The notes under the pieces are model-generated. The model saw nothing but the letters and a program-made list of their open reading frames with translations, did no database searches and was not told where the DNA came from. Source: a virus (Duplodnaviria; Caudoviricetes). From it: 64,000 nucleotides of DNA. Positions within the stretch are counted from its first letter, which is position 1. Every line of letters starts with the position of its first letter. Below are positions 1 to 10,950 of this stretch, in pieces. The DNA lies in IMG/VR virus record IMGVR_UViG_3300017909_004705; one strand, 5' to 3'. The position numbers were made by a program, and so were the translations under genes.

Positions 1-393
1 GACGGGTTGAGTTCCAACAGGATATCATCAACCATAGGAAACAAGCAAGACTTCGACTCGGCAGTCAGCCTTGACGCATTCCACATAGTGGGCACCATAT
101 TCAACAAGACCGGCAACCAGATATCCGTCAGGGTGGACGGCGCCAACGCATTCACCCCAGTCGACGACTACGACAACGCCATCAACACCAACCAGGACGT
201 GAGGATCATGCGTAACAGGTCCAACGAGAGGCTGGATGGCCGGATGGCGGAGTTCTTCGTGGTTGGCGCACTGCCGGGCACGGGCGGTACGGACATAACG
301 GAGTTTGAGAAGGCCGAGGGATACCTGGCCCACAAGTGGGGTTTGACCGGTAATCTGCCCAGTGATCATCCGTTCAAGAACGTCTCTCCGTAA
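1..393 (+). CDS. 3' end of a virion/tail protein (LamG/ConA-like C-terminal domain), truncated by the window edge
   Basis: Open frame from the edge to TAA at 391-393; C-terminal EGYLAHKWGL motif typical of phage LamG-like tail domains; about 57% GC. Confidence 0.55.
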   Translation, partial: DGLSSNRISSTIGNKQDFDSAVSLDAFHIVGTIFNKTGNQISVRVDGANAFTPVDDYDNAINTNQDVRIMRNRSNERLDGRMAEFFVVGALPGTGGTDITEFEKAEGYLAHKWGLTGNLPSDHPFKNVSP

Positions 394-412
394 CCATAAA
401 TACCATTAAATT

Positions 413-3400
413 ATGGCACAGGAACTGATAAACATAGGTGTAACCGCGGACGACGGAACAGGTGATTCGCTTTACCAAGCCGGCCAAAAGATAAACAACA
501 ATTTCACTGAGTTGTTTGCCAAGGCCTCCGTGAAGGCGGATATAAAGTTCTTTGGTAACAACATCACATCAAGATTGTCAAACGCCGATATTTTTGTGCA
601 TCCATCAGGCACAGGAACGGTTTTATTCCCGGGCATAAGATTCAATGACAACAACATAGAAGTTTTAAACACAAACGATGACATCAAGATCAGGGCCAAC
701 GGTTCAGGAAAGGTCACCATTGCTGGACTGGGCTTTAGTGGAACCACGATAAGTGCACCTGATTCATCATCCGTAAACATCAATGAAAATTTAATAGTAG
801 ACGGTGACTACACAACAGCAGATGGTTTTGCTTTCACTGGTGCCCAGACATTTGCCACAGACATGGTTTTTGGAGATTTGACTCTTGGTGACGGGTCCAT
901 AGTAGATTCCAGTGGCGCCATCAGTTTTGGCAATGAAAATTTAACCACTTCAGGAACACTGACTGCAGGCTCTGGTTCACAGTTTGGTACTTTGGATTTA
1001 CAAGATGGCCAGATTACAGATTCCGGTGGATCGATTAGTTTTGGAGATGAAAATTTAACAACAACAGGAACACTATCAGCGGCGACAGGTTCCACATTTG
1101 GTAACCTTACACTGGCAAATGGATCCATCACAGACTCAGGAGGAACCATTGATTTTGGCAACGAGAATCTTTCAACCAGTGCAACCTCAATGGCGATAGG
1201 AAGCACCTTGACTGTAGGTAATGGGTCTATCACGGACTCCACAGGGGCGATAAGTTTTGGAGACGACAACCTTAGCACAACAGGTACATTAGATGTGTCT
1301 GGTCTAACAACCATGGGCTCGATATCAGTTTCTGGGGCAACGTCATTTGCCGATTCAATCACAGTTGACAATCTAACGTTCAATGACAATATTATTTCAA
1401 CAAGTTCAAACGCTGACCTAAGACTAACACCAGGTGGCACAGGTGTTGTCAATGTGAGCAATCTTACTATAGATTCATCTCTCAACTTCAGCGACAACGT
1501 TTTAAAAGTCACAACGTCCAATGCCGATTTTGACATAAGTGCAAGTGGCACTGGATCTGTTGTAATCAACAACGTAAATCTTGACGCTGGAACCATAGAC
1601 AACACAGTGATCGGTGCCAATGAACCTGCCGCTGGAAATTTCACACAGCCTATTGGATATGACACGTTGGTGATTCCTAACAAGATCACTTTCTCAGGCA
1701 ACACAATGTCAACCAACAGATCCAATGACAATCTAGAATTCGAGGCCAGTGGATCAGGCAAGGTCGTGGTCAATGGTCTGAATTTGCCAAATAGTGACGG
1801 CCAAACAGGTGAGTTCATCCAGACAGATGGAAGTGGAAACCTAACATTCGCTGGCGTCTCCATATCTTTCAGTGAATCTACAATACAGGACGCACGGGCC
1901 ACTATTGGTTTCACATCAGAGGTGGTGCTGGACGCTAATCTATCAACTGGAGACCACGAATCGATAACAGCAGATACCAGCATAATCAATGACTGGGCTG
2001 GTTCGAAGTACGACAGTGCCTTCTACGTGGCTTTGAGTAGGGTGGAGGAGGCAGACAGTTCGATAGAGTTCCAGATGCAGAAACACATTATAGCACGTGG
2101 TACTAATGACGGATCAACCTTTGACTCATTCTCTAATTCAGCACAGATCATAAGAACTTCGGCCGCTGAGGAGGTGCAACTTTCAACAGACATAAGGGCG
2201 GCAACAGACCATCTGAGGCTACTAGGAGCGGGAGGAAAGTTAGCAGATGGTTCAACAACTTCAGCGATTAACACACTGGCCTTCTTCAGGATAGGCCTTG
2301 GTGACAATGACTCTTCTGGCACACAGGCAGGCAGTTCAACTTACACACAACAACAGACTTTGGTGGTGGCGGATCTGGATTCCGCGGCGGCCACACTGGA
2401 CTCATGGTCCGCTTCATCATACCGTGGGGCCAAATATTTTATTTCGGTCAACAACACGACCTCGAATGAGGTGTCATCATCCGAAGTGTTGCTTGTACAC
2501 GATGGCACAGACGCATTCGTTTCAGAATACAACCTATTAATATCTAACGCGGAGACCACACCACTGGCCACTTTCACTGCCGACATCAGCGGAGGCAACG
2601 TGAGACTGCGAGGAGCCAACGGTACCACAGGAACCTGCAGGGTAACAATGTATCGAATACTGTTGTCAGATTCTGAAGTTACGAGGTCAGGAACCCCGAT
2701 CGCGATAGTTGGTTCAACATCGATCGGACAGATCACCACCACAGAAGTCGATCATGTTACCGCAACAATAGATTCAAGACAAGGCTTTGCAACGGAGGAG
2801 ACCCTTGATGAATTTGCGTCATCCAAGTATGACAGTGCTTGGTACCATACATTGGTGAAAGACATGACTTCTGGCAGGTTGGCATTCCACAAGTATTCAT
2901 TGCTACATGGCACCAGTGACGACAGCAGTATCGAAGCATTCGTAACAGACAGTAGTGTGGTGAGGTCCGAGGAGTTCGACGTGGTCACAGCAAACGCCAG
3001 CGTTGACGATGGCAACATACGTTTGAATCTCACTGGCATCAACGACGGTTCCACGACAGTATCAAATTTCGCTCAAACATACAGGATAGGACTCGGCGAC
3101 GATGACTCAACAGGATACGTTGGTGAGGAGTCCAGTTTGGCCACAGTTGAGATCAACACAGATGTTGACAGTGCTTCAGAGAGCATTGACTCATGGGCAC
3201 ATGCAAGTTACAGAGGCGCAAAATATTATGTGTCAGTGAAAAATCCGTCGGTCGGCGAAGTGATGAACACAGAACTATTGGTGGTGCACAACGGCACTGA
3301 TGCGTTCATCACAAGTTACAATGAACACAGTTCAGGCAACACAGGTGCCGCTTCGACAAATACCCTTGCTACTTTCACTGCGGCCATAAGTGGTAGCAAC

Positions 3401-4414
3401 GTTGTTGTAAGTGCGGCGGGACTACAGACCAACTTGAGAATACACATGTACAGGATTTTATTACCCGATAGTCCAATTGCATCAACCGGCACCAATGTTA
3501 ATATCATCGGTGCAACCGCTGTTTCAAGTTCTGCGACAACAATTGACACTTTCAGCACTAACTCTTACGGCGCGGCACACTATATCATAGTGGGCAGTAA
3601 ATCCAATGACAGTTGCATAATGGAGGCCACGGTTATCAGTGACGGCACTGAAGCAAGTTTAGTAGAAACCCGACAGGTTAGCACAGAGGAGACACCTATG
3701 TTGACTCTGTCTGCCTCGCATAGTTCGACAACAACCACTGTACAAGCGGCTTCCACATCAGGCGCCAGCACAAATGTTAGTGCCTACAGGATACACATAC
3801 CAACACCATCAGGGACACAGTACACTGAGATAGATTCTTTCGCACACAACAGCACACAGGGTGCCATGTACGTAGCAGTCACTAACCAGACAGATGGCAA
3901 GTCTGCCATCGATGAAGTCATGGTTGTCACGGATGGCACTGATGCATACAATGTGAGACACGGAATAAACACGGATTCTGCATCCAGTGAACTGGTCAAC
4001 TGGACGACGGCAGTGGAAGGAAGCAACGCCAAGTTAAGGGCAACGCTCGCAGATACCAGGGCACAAGGCACAATCAACGCATGGCAGGTTCACCTAGACA
4101 GGGCGGCGGGTAATCCATCAAGTATTGCCACGCTGGACAGTTTCAACAAAACCACGCACAGAGGTGCTTTCTACACTGTTTCAATATCTGATTCTAATGG
4201 TGGAACAATAGGAAACTACGAAATTGCTGATGTTCGTGTCACACATGACGGCACCACTCCATTTATTTCCGTGTTTGGAAGGACAAACAGTAGTAGTGAT
4301 GATCTGGTCGACTTCAGTGCTGACATAGTTGGCGACAATGTGAGACTTAGAGGGCAAATAAATACAACTAACACACATACATTAACTGCTGTTAGGAGAT
4401 TGATAGACGTATAA
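413..4414 (+). CDS. Long tail fibre / baseplate-anchored adhesin with internal repeats
   Basis: N-terminal INIG..ADDGTGDSL...KINNNFTEL (T4 gp9/gp10-like anchor); 38-aa G/S/T repeats; seven C-terminal D(S/T)(W/F)..S.Y..A.Y beta-domains. Confidence 0.8.
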   Translation: MAQELINIGVTADDGTGDSLYQAGQKINNNFTELFAKASVKADIKFFGNNITSRLSNADIFVHPSGTGTVLFPGIRFNDNNIEVLNTNDDIKIRANGSGKVTIAGLGFSGTTISAPDSSSVNINENLIVDGDYTTADGFAFTGAQTFATDMVFGDLTLGDGSIVDSSGAISFGNENLTTSGTLTAGSGSQFGTLDLQDGQITDSGGSISFGDENLTTTGTLSAATGSTFGNLTLANGSITDSGGTIDFGNENLSTSATSMAIGSTLTVGNGSITDSTGAISFGDDNLSTTGTLDVSGLTTMGSISVSGATSFADSITVDNLTFNDNIISTSSNADLRLTPGGTGVVNVSNLTIDSSLNFSDNVLKVTTSNADFDISASGTGSVVINNVNLDAGTIDNTVIGANEPAAGNFTQPIGYDTLVIPNKITFSGNTMSTNRSNDNLEFEASGSGKVVVNGLNLPNSDGQTGEFIQTDGSGNLTFAGVSISFSESTIQDARATIGFTSEVVLDANLSTGDHESITADTSIINDWAGSKYDSAFYVALSRVEEADSSIEFQMQKHIIARGTNDGSTFDSFSNSAQIIRTSAAEEVQLSTDIRAATDHLRLLGAGGKLADGSTTSAINTLAFFRIGLGDNDSSGTQAGSSTYTQQQTLVVADLDSAAATLDSWSASSYRGAKYFISVNNTTSNEVSSSEVLLVHDGTDAFVSEYNLLISNAETTPLATFTADISGGNVRLRGANGTTGTCRVTMYRILLSDSEVTRSGTPIAIVGSTSIGQITTTEVDHVTATIDSRQGFATEETLDEFASSKYDSAWYHTLVKDMTSGRLAFHKYSLLHGTSDDSSIEAFVTDSSVVRSEEFDVVTANASVDDGNIRLNLTGINDGSTTVSNFAQTYRIGLGDDDSTGYVGEESSLATVEINTDVDSASESIDSWAHASYRGAKYYVSVKNPSVGEVMNTELLVVHNGTDAFITSYNEHSSGNTGAASTNTLATFTAAISGSNVVVSAAGLQTNLRIHMYRILLPDSPIASTGTNVNIIGATAVSSSATTIDTFSTNSYGAAHYIIVGSKSNDSCIMEATVISDGTEASLVETRQVSTEETPMLTLSASHSSTTTTVQAASTSGASTNVSAYRIHIPTPSGTQYTEIDSFAHNSTQGAMYVAVTNQTDGKSAIDEVMVVTDGTDAYNVRHGINTDSASSELVNWTTAVEGSNAKLRATLADTRAQGTINAWQVHLDRAAGNPSSIATLDSFNKTTHRGAFYTVSISDSNGGTIGNYEIADVRVTHDGTTPFISVFGRTNSSSDDLVDFSADIVGDNVRLRGQINTTNTHTLTAVRRLIDV
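1013..1137 (+). repeat. Near-identical DNA block shared with 4907..5031 in the neighbouring fibre gene
   Basis: Exact 32-nt (1013-1044 = 4907-4938) and 59-nt (1079-1137 = 4973-5031) matches at a constant offset of 3894. Confidence 0.85.
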
Positions 4415-4417
4415 CAT

Positions 4418-6202
4418 ATGACACAACTAGTTTTAAATGTAGGAACAAACGCTAACGACGGAACGGGAGATACGTTACGAGATGCAATGATCAAGGTGAA
4501 CACCAACTTCACCGAGATATATGGATCTGCAGGATTCGACCTAACAACAATACAAGTAACCGGAAATGAAATAAGGGCTACCAGAACAAATGACGACATA
4601 GTTTTTAAACCGGCCGGTGCTGGGGCAGTTGAATTTCCCGCTCTAAGGATCAACGGAAACAATATAGAGGGCACTAGATCAAATGAGGATATAAACCTAA
4701 TCCCGGCTGGAACAGGGAATGTTGTCTTTGGTGCCATACAGATCAAAGGCACAACTCTAAGTTCAACAGATTCTTCTACCATCAATATAAACGAGGGTTT
4801 GATAGTTGATGGATCAATGACAGTGTCAGGCTCAACGACATTCCAGGGTGCCATCAGTGCAGGATCTGGATCAACTGTAGGAAATTTAACGCTAGCCAAT
4901 GGTTCTATTACAGATTCCGGTGGATCGATTAGTTTTGGTAATGAAAACCTGTCAACCACAGGAACAATGACCGCGGCGACAGGTTCCACATTTGGTAACC
5001 TTACACTGGCAAATGGATCCATCACAGACTCGTCAGGTGCTATTAGTTTTGGCAATGAAAATCTAAGCACAACAGGAACAATGACTGCAGGGACAGGTTC
5101 AACAATAGGTAACCTGACGCTGGCAAATGGATCAATCACTGACTCTTCCGGCGCAATAAGTTTTGGTGATGAGAATTTAAGCACGTCTGGAACTTTAACC
5201 ACTGGCACTTTGACTTTAGGTGGGGGATCCATCACAGACTCGTCAGGTGCTATTAGTTTTGGCAATGAGAATCTAAGTACCACAGGGACATTAAACGTCA
5301 GTGGACTGTCTACTCTAGGTGCACTTACCGTGACAGGAGCAATGACCTTTACAAGTGGTGGCGTCACGGTAGACAATCTAAGTTTCAATGACAACACAAT
5401 ATCTTCCAGTTCTAATGCAGATATACGTTTGACCCCAGGTGGTACAGGATCTGTAATAGTTGACAGCCTAACAATTGATGACAACATCAACATCACAGAC
5501 AACCATATCAAGGCAACTGCGTCAAACTCGGACTTGGTGCTATCCCCGTCAGGCACAGGACAGGTTGTCATTGCAAAAGCAGACATTAACAGTGGTACAA
5601 TAGACGGCACGGTGATAGGTGGAACAACCGCGGCGGCAGGAACTTTTACAACCTTGACAGTGACACAGGCGTTGACGCTTGGTCAAATCACGATCGATGA
5701 CAACACCGTCAAAACAAATTCTTCTAATGCCGACCTCGAATTGTCAGGAAATGGAACAGGTGGCGTTACTATAAGTGGTTTTACTTTTCCTACAACAGAT
5801 GGAAGCACCAACCAATTTCTTAAAACAGACGGAGCAGGGACGCTTTCATTCGCCACTGCGGGTGCTACACTTAATAATTCAGATCTTGTTGATGCAACAA
5901 CTACCGTTGCAAGTTCGGCCACAACTGTTTTGAACACGTTTGATAAGACCGTATCCAGAAGTGCCAAATACTTTATATCAATCACTGACTCAACAAACAG
6001 TAGATTCGAAGTTGTTGAAGCGGCCGTTACCCATGATGGCACAAACGCATTCATATCTGTGTTCGGTAGAGTAACCAATTACACAGGCGACCTTTGCTCA
6101 TTTACCGCTGACGTCAGCGGTAACGATGTGAGGGTGTTTGTAACAAACATTTCAAATAACAGCACCGTATTCAAGTTCCAAAGAATAACTTTTGACATCT
6201 AA
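4418..6202 (+). CDS. Tail fibre / baseplate protein, paralog of 413..4414
   Basis: Same N-terminal ANDGTGDTLR motif, same 38-aa repeats, one copy of the C-terminal beta-domain. Confidence 0.8.
   Translation: MTQLVLNVGTNANDGTGDTLRDAMIKVNTNFTEIYGSAGFDLTTIQVTGNEIRATRTNDDIVFKPAGAGAVEFPALRINGNNIEGTRSNEDINLIPAGTGNVVFGAIQIKGTTLSSTDSSTININEGLIVDGSMTVSGSTTFQGAISAGSGSTVGNLTLANGSITDSGGSISFGNENLSTTGTMTAATGSTFGNLTLANGSITDSSGAISFGNENLSTTGTMTAGTGSTIGNLTLANGSITDSSGAISFGDENLSTSGTLTTGTLTLGGGSITDSSGAISFGNENLSTTGTLNVSGLSTLGALTVTGAMTFTSGGVTVDNLSFNDNTISSSSNADIRLTPGGTGSVIVDSLTIDDNINITDNHIKATASNSDLVLSPSGTGQVVIAKADINSGTIDGTVIGGTTAAAGTFTTLTVTQALTLGQITIDDNTVKTNSSNADLELSGNGTGGVTISGFTFPTTDGSTNQFLKTDGAGTLSFATAGATLNNSDLVDATTTVASSATTVLNTFDKTVSRSAKYFISITDSTNSRFEVVEAAVTHDGTNAFISVFGRVTNYTGDLCSFTADVSGNDVRVFVTNISNNSTVFKFQRITFDI
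4870..5300 (+). repeat. Tandem 38-aa (114-nt) coding repeats GNLTLANGSITDSSGAISFGNENLSTTGT
   Basis: Four copies visible in the translation; exact 44-nt repeat 5015-5058 = 5225-5268. Confidence 0.85.
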
Positions 6203-6259
6203 ATTACATTAGGTTCTTAGAATCTCAGATAAATAATCTTATCAAAAGGGGAATTTAAA

Positions 6260-8095
6260 ATGGCACAACAAACAATAAACATAGGATCAAGTGCAAACGA
6301 CGGAACAGGTGATCCGTTACGAACAGCATTTGACAAGATTAACGATAACTTTTCAGAATTATACGGCTCTACAGCAGAGGCCAATGACCTAATAGAAGAT
6401 TCAACTCCGCAGTTGGGAGGAGATCTAGATGTAAACGGAAGACGAATAACATCAGCAAGATCAAACGAAGACATTATTTTATTGCCAAACGGAACAGGTG
6501 GAGTAGTTGCATCAGCGATAAGAATCGCAGGAACCACTTTAAGTTCAGATGACTCATCAACTATCAATATAAACGAAGGTTTGGTTGTAGATGGCACAGC
6601 AAGTGTTTCTGGAGCGGCCACGCTATCAAGCACTTTGGCTGTCACGGCAGGTGCTACCTTATCAAGCACATTGGCTGTTAGTGGTGCAACCACTTTGACA
6701 ACTACTACTATAGACAACTTAACAATACAAGACAGCGATATTACTTCATCCTCAAACGCAGACATAAACATTACTCCAGGCGGAACTGGAAGTACAGTGA
6801 TTGGTTCTAGTATCACAATTAAAGGCACAACGATATCATCTGCTGATTCAAGCACAATTAATATCAATGAAGGTTTAGTAGTTGATGGTACAGGAAGTTT
6901 CTCAGGCACGTTGACCACAGCGGCATTGACCACTGTTGGAACACACACAGTCACAGGACAGGCCGACATTGAAGGAGTCACTATTAAAGACAACACAATC
7001 AGTTCAAATGCATCTAACTCAAACCTAGAAATAAGTGCCAATGGAACTGGTAAGGTTGAAGTTGAAGGAGTGTCTTTCTTTGGAACTACTTTGACTGCGG
7101 CTGATTCATCTACTATTAACATCAATGAAGGCTTAGTTGTTGATGGTTCTGCCACTGTGTCGGGAACACTAACTACAGCAGATGTTTCAACAACAGGCAA
7201 CAACACAATTTCTGGTGCGTTAACAGCCGGTTCATTGAACATTGGCGACTTGAATATTGAAGATGATGGTACTATTTCATCCGACACCAACGGTGACATC
7301 GCGATAGTTCCGGCTGGAACTGGTGCTATTGTATTGACTGGTCCAATTACTGCTACTGGAACACAAACAACCTCAGGACAACTGAACGTTGACAACTTAA
7401 GATTAGATGGAAACGTTTTATCAGCTACATCGGGTAGTATCACATTGACGCCAGCAGACAACCAGAATGTCACAATATCAGGAACAAATACTAGATTGGA
7501 GGGTGCAGAGGCCAACTTTACTTTGTGTGAAGCAACCACGTTGAGAGCAGACTTTATTCAAAGCGATACAAGTGATGCAGATATTGATATTACTACACAA
7601 GGTACAGGTGTTGTCAAATTAGAAGATCAAACACAATTAACACTGACAGGATCATTCCTTCCAGCAATACACACTTTTACGGCAACAGATGCTGTGACCA
7701 TAGCTGAACACGCCGGAAGAACATTATTACTTGGTGAAGTGGGTGGTAACGCATTAGTAACACTTACACTTCCAGCGGCAACTGGTAGTGGAGCAACTTA
7801 CAAGTTTATTGTGTCTGTGGCAAACACATCTAATTACGTAATTAAAGTAGCAGATGCGTCTGACACAATCGATGGTATAATGTTATACCTAGACGAAGAC
7901 GGAACCGCAGTGTCGGCTTTCCCAACAGTGGCGGCTTCAGATACAATCACACTTAATGGTGGTACCACAGGCGGTATAGTTGGTGACTATTTAGAACTCG
8001 TTGACATCGCTACAGATCAATACCACGTAAGAGGTGTTATGAGGGTGGCGGCAGGTGCCGACCCAGCGACACCATTTAGTGCTACTGTAAGTTAA
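6260..8095 (+). CDS. Tail fibre / baseplate protein, third paralog with a different C-terminal tip
   Basis: ANDGTGDPLR anchor; DSTPQLGGDLD motif; three DSSTININEGLVVDG repeats; SD-like AAAGGGG upstream. Confidence 0.8.
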   Translation: MAQQTINIGSSANDGTGDPLRTAFDKINDNFSELYGSTAEANDLIEDSTPQLGGDLDVNGRRITSARSNEDIILLPNGTGGVVASAIRIAGTTLSSDDSSTININEGLVVDGTASVSGAATLSSTLAVTAGATLSSTLAVSGATTLTTTTIDNLTIQDSDITSSSNADINITPGGTGSTVIGSSITIKGTTISSADSSTININEGLVVDGTGSFSGTLTTAALTTVGTHTVTGQADIEGVTIKDNTISSNASNSNLEISANGTGKVEVEGVSFFGTTLTAADSSTININEGLVVDGSATVSGTLTTADVSTTGNNTISGALTAGSLNIGDLNIEDDGTISSDTNGDIAIVPAGTGAIVLTGPITATGTQTTSGQLNVDNLRLDGNVLSATSGSITLTPADNQNVTISGTNTRLEGAEANFTLCEATTLRADFIQSDTSDADIDITTQGTGVVKLEDQTQLTLTGSFLPAIHTFTATDAVTIAEHAGRTLLLGEVGGNALVTLTLPAATGSGATYKFIVSVANTSNYVIKVADASDTIDGIMLYLDEDGTAVSAFPTVAASDTITLNGGTTGGIVGDYLELVDIATDQYHVRGVMRVAAGADPATPFSATVS

Positions 8096-8137
8096 TAGAT
8101 AACCTAAGAATAGTAAAAGTCTTTCAACAAGATAAGA

Positions 8138-8296
8138 ATGAAAAGACATTGGAACAAAAAACGGCAAAGTAGATCACCTAATTCCGAGATAAAACGCTTG
8201 GAAGATGCCATACGGCGTGAGCATGATAAGACCGAACGTGAGAATCTCAAACAGCATCTTGAACACTGGATTCGTACACAGAATAATCATCGGTAA
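8138..8296 (+). CDS. Small basic hypothetical protein (52 aa, MKRHWNKKRQ...), not in the ORF track
   Basis: ATG 8138 to TAA 8296, translated by hand; fills the intergenic gap. Confidence 0.45.
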   Translation: MKRHWNKKRQSRSPNSEIKRLEDAIRREHDKTERENLKQHLEHWIRTQNNHR

Positions 8297-8331
8297 TTGC
8301 CAATAAATACCCTTTGTAAGGAGTAAGATTA

Positions 8332-10950
8332 ATGGCAACACCAGTGTGGTCTACCACAGCAGGTAAAATTGCATCTATAGACGAACAGTCAGAGTTTTCG
8401 CTTCAACTTGAAGCGAATACTAGTGATTCAACGGCCATTGCTTACTCGTTGATTGCAGGAAGCCTACCTCCAGGAATGTCACTTACATCCGCAGGCTTAC
8501 TAACAGGAACTCCGGCTGAGGTTGCCAAAAGAACTCTTTACACCTTCGTCGTGCGAGCCACGGCCGGATCCGCAATCACAGACAGGACATTCACACTAGA
8601 TGTCAAAGGCGCTGATGCGCCAGTTTTCACAACTGTGGCTGGACAACTTAACAAGCCGCTATCAACGGTCTATACCACAGACAGCACTTCGACTACTGAT
8701 AGCACTCTCACAACTGCGGATGTGACAGGAAATGTTACAGTGTTAGATGGTTCATTTATAGAATTTGACATAGTCGCTACAGATACAGACACGGCCGCAG
8801 GACAAAATTTAATATATGAAATTGTTGATGGGGCACTTCCACCAGGAGTTACGATGACCACTGGCGGCAAAATTTCAGGAGTTGTTGAACTTGCCATTGA
8901 TGATGAATATGGACCACAGGGAGGGTATGACTTTGATCCTTTCCCGGATTACTCTGCAATAAACCCTGCTGATGGTGGATCACCTACAGCACCCAGAAAC
9001 GTGTATGATAGGACAGTGATTTCAAAATCTAGGTCAGTAAACTATGACTTTATAGTGAGGGTGACCGATGGTGTATCAAGTGTAGATCGTAATTTTAACA
9101 TTTTTGTTTATTCAGCAGACTACTGGGTGGTGTCCAACTCGAATGTTACAATTGACACAACCTTGGTTGGATCAAATCATATTACCATGGACCTTCACAC
9201 AGGAAGGCCACCTGTATTTGTCACAGATTCCGATCTTGGCACATTCAGACATGACAACAAAGTACTAATTAGGATCGACGTATCAGATTTTGATCCACTA
9301 CAAGCGGATCTAGAATATAGTATTACCAAAGGATCATTGCCTGCAGGCCTTGAAATAGACATCAATTCTGGAGAAATATTTGGAACACTCGCTAGGCAGT
9401 CTGCTGTAGAAGTTGATCACACGTTCACGGTAAGGGCAAACAGAACTGTGGCCACAGGATTAAATGTTTTTGCCGAAAGACAGTTTACAATGAAAGTGGT
9501 GGGCGAGGTCGACATAGGCATCAGTTTCACAACGCCTAGCACAATAGGCACATTGACTGCCGACATTCCAAGCACATTATCTATTGAAGCAACGGCCGAA
9601 GCAAGTGACAGGGTGTTGTCATACTCTCTGGTCTCAGGATCGTTGCCAACAGGTATAACTCTGTCTCCACATGGACATCTTGTGGGAACAATAGATGCCA
9701 GTGATTTCACAGATTCAACAACCTCATTTACCTTTGAGGTCAATGTCAGTGACCAATATCAAATATCTGCTACCACAAAAGAATTTACAATTAACATTGA
9801 CATACCACATACATCTGTTGAGTACGGAAACATGACAGGACACTCAACATCGCTGATTGATCAAAATATATTTTACAACATAGCACAAGATCCAAATATT
9901 AATTCTCCAGAATACATTTATAGACCAGAGGATCCTAGTTTTGGAATGAAAAACAAACCAGTCATGCTGATGCTCGCCGGTCTGGAAGCCCAGACATTGA
10001 CCACTTTCCAAAATCAAATGGAGCAGAATCATGCTCCAAAGACCCTATACTTTGGTGACTTGAAGACGGCAGTCGCTAAAGAAGGAACAACGACAAAGTA
10101 TGAAGTAGTGTACTTAGAAATCAAAGACAAATTGGAAAACAAAGACGGTGAAGCAGTGTCAAGTTCAATTGCACTCAGAGATGCAGTGACCAAACCTGTT
10201 CTGGGACCTAGAGCATCCAGTGCCGACGCCACAGCAGACTACGTGGATTATGAAGTTACCACAGACGGTGGACTGTCATTCAGCATCTCAGGATCTAAAG
10301 TAAGATTCGCTAATCAATTGAGTGCGGATCTAGGCTTTGTTGAAACAGTGTATCCAAATGCAGTGGCAAACATGCGATCTAGAATGAAAAGTCTAGGCCA
10401 CAAAGAATGGGACTATCTTCCTTTATGGATGAAAACAACACAAAGTGGTGACCTAGCACCACTAGGATTTGTGAAAGCGGTGCCCATTTGTTATTGTAAA
10501 CCTGGACAATCAGCACTTGTTAAGAAAAGAATTTCAGATCGTAATTATAATTTTAAAAATATTTCATTCATAGTTGATAGATACATTGTTAGTAAGAGCA
10601 AGGTGGCCACACCAACTTTCACTGGTGACGGATCCACAACGACTTTTGAGGTTGATGAGATTATACACGAAGAGGATATACTGGTAAAAGAAGGAACACA
10701 GACTGTTTTTGTTGGACAGGGTGTAACCGCTGACAACAATATTAAACCAACATATCTCACAGCAGACGGAACAATAAGATCTGCTGATCACGAATTTGGT
10801 ATAACACTCACACACAACACGACAACCAAGAAAACTACAATTAGTTTTACCAAAGAAGTGCCGTCGGCAGGTACAATAATTAAGGTAGAAAGAGCGAACG
10901 ATAAATATCTTAAATTTAGAGACAAAGGAATTTTAACAAATGGCAAGTAA
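8332..10950 (+). CDS. Baseplate/virion structural protein with repeated putative Ig (He_PIG-like) domains
   Basis: Repeated Y..G.LP.G..L...G.I.G motifs; TAAATA promoter and AAGGAG SD upstream. Confidence 0.75.
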   Translation: MATPVWSTTAGKIASIDEQSEFSLQLEANTSDSTAIAYSLIAGSLPPGMSLTSAGLLTGTPAEVAKRTLYTFVVRATAGSAITDRTFTLDVKGADAPVFTTVAGQLNKPLSTVYTTDSTSTTDSTLTTADVTGNVTVLDGSFIEFDIVATDTDTAAGQNLIYEIVDGALPPGVTMTTGGKISGVVELAIDDEYGPQGGYDFDPFPDYSAINPADGGSPTAPRNVYDRTVISKSRSVNYDFIVRVTDGVSSVDRNFNIFVYSADYWVVSNSNVTIDTTLVGSNHITMDLHTGRPPVFVTDSDLGTFRHDNKVLIRIDVSDFDPLQADLEYSITKGSLPAGLEIDINSGEIFGTLARQSAVEVDHTFTVRANRTVATGLNVFAERQFTMKVVGEVDIGISFTTPSTIGTLTADIPSTLSIEATAEASDRVLSYSLVSGSLPTGITLSPHGHLVGTIDASDFTDSTTSFTFEVNVSDQYQISATTKEFTINIDIPHTSVEYGNMTGHSTSLIDQNIFYNIAQDPNINSPEYIYRPEDPSFGMKNKPVMLMLAGLEAQTLTTFQNQMEQNHAPKTLYFGDLKTAVAKEGTTTKYEVVYLEIKDKLENKDGEAVSSSIALRDAVTKPVLGPRASSADATADYVDYEVTTDGGLSFSISGSKVRFANQLSADLGFVETVYPNAVANMRSRMKSLGHKEWDYLPLWMKTTQSGDLAPLGFVKAVPICYCKPGQSALVKKRISDRNYNFKNISFIVDRYIVSKSKVATPTFTGDGSTTTFEVDEIIHEEDILVKEGTQTVFVGQGVTADNNIKPTYLTADGTIRSADHEFGITLTHNTTTKKTTISFTKEVPSAGTIIKVERANDKYLKFRDKGILTNGK

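Noticed and set aside
870-5300. Periodic repeats as a possible CRISPR array
   Set aside because: They are in-frame coding repeats with synonymous variation; there are no unique spacers or cas genes
1-6202. Diversity-generating retroelement acting on the fibre genes
   Set aside because: There is no reverse transcriptase in the window, and repeat differences do not look adenine-specific
808-7539. Long minus-strand ORFs (808..1989, 4216..5610, 6217..7539)
   Set aside because: They are shadows of repetitive G/S/T-rich fibre genes, with no motifs or start signals
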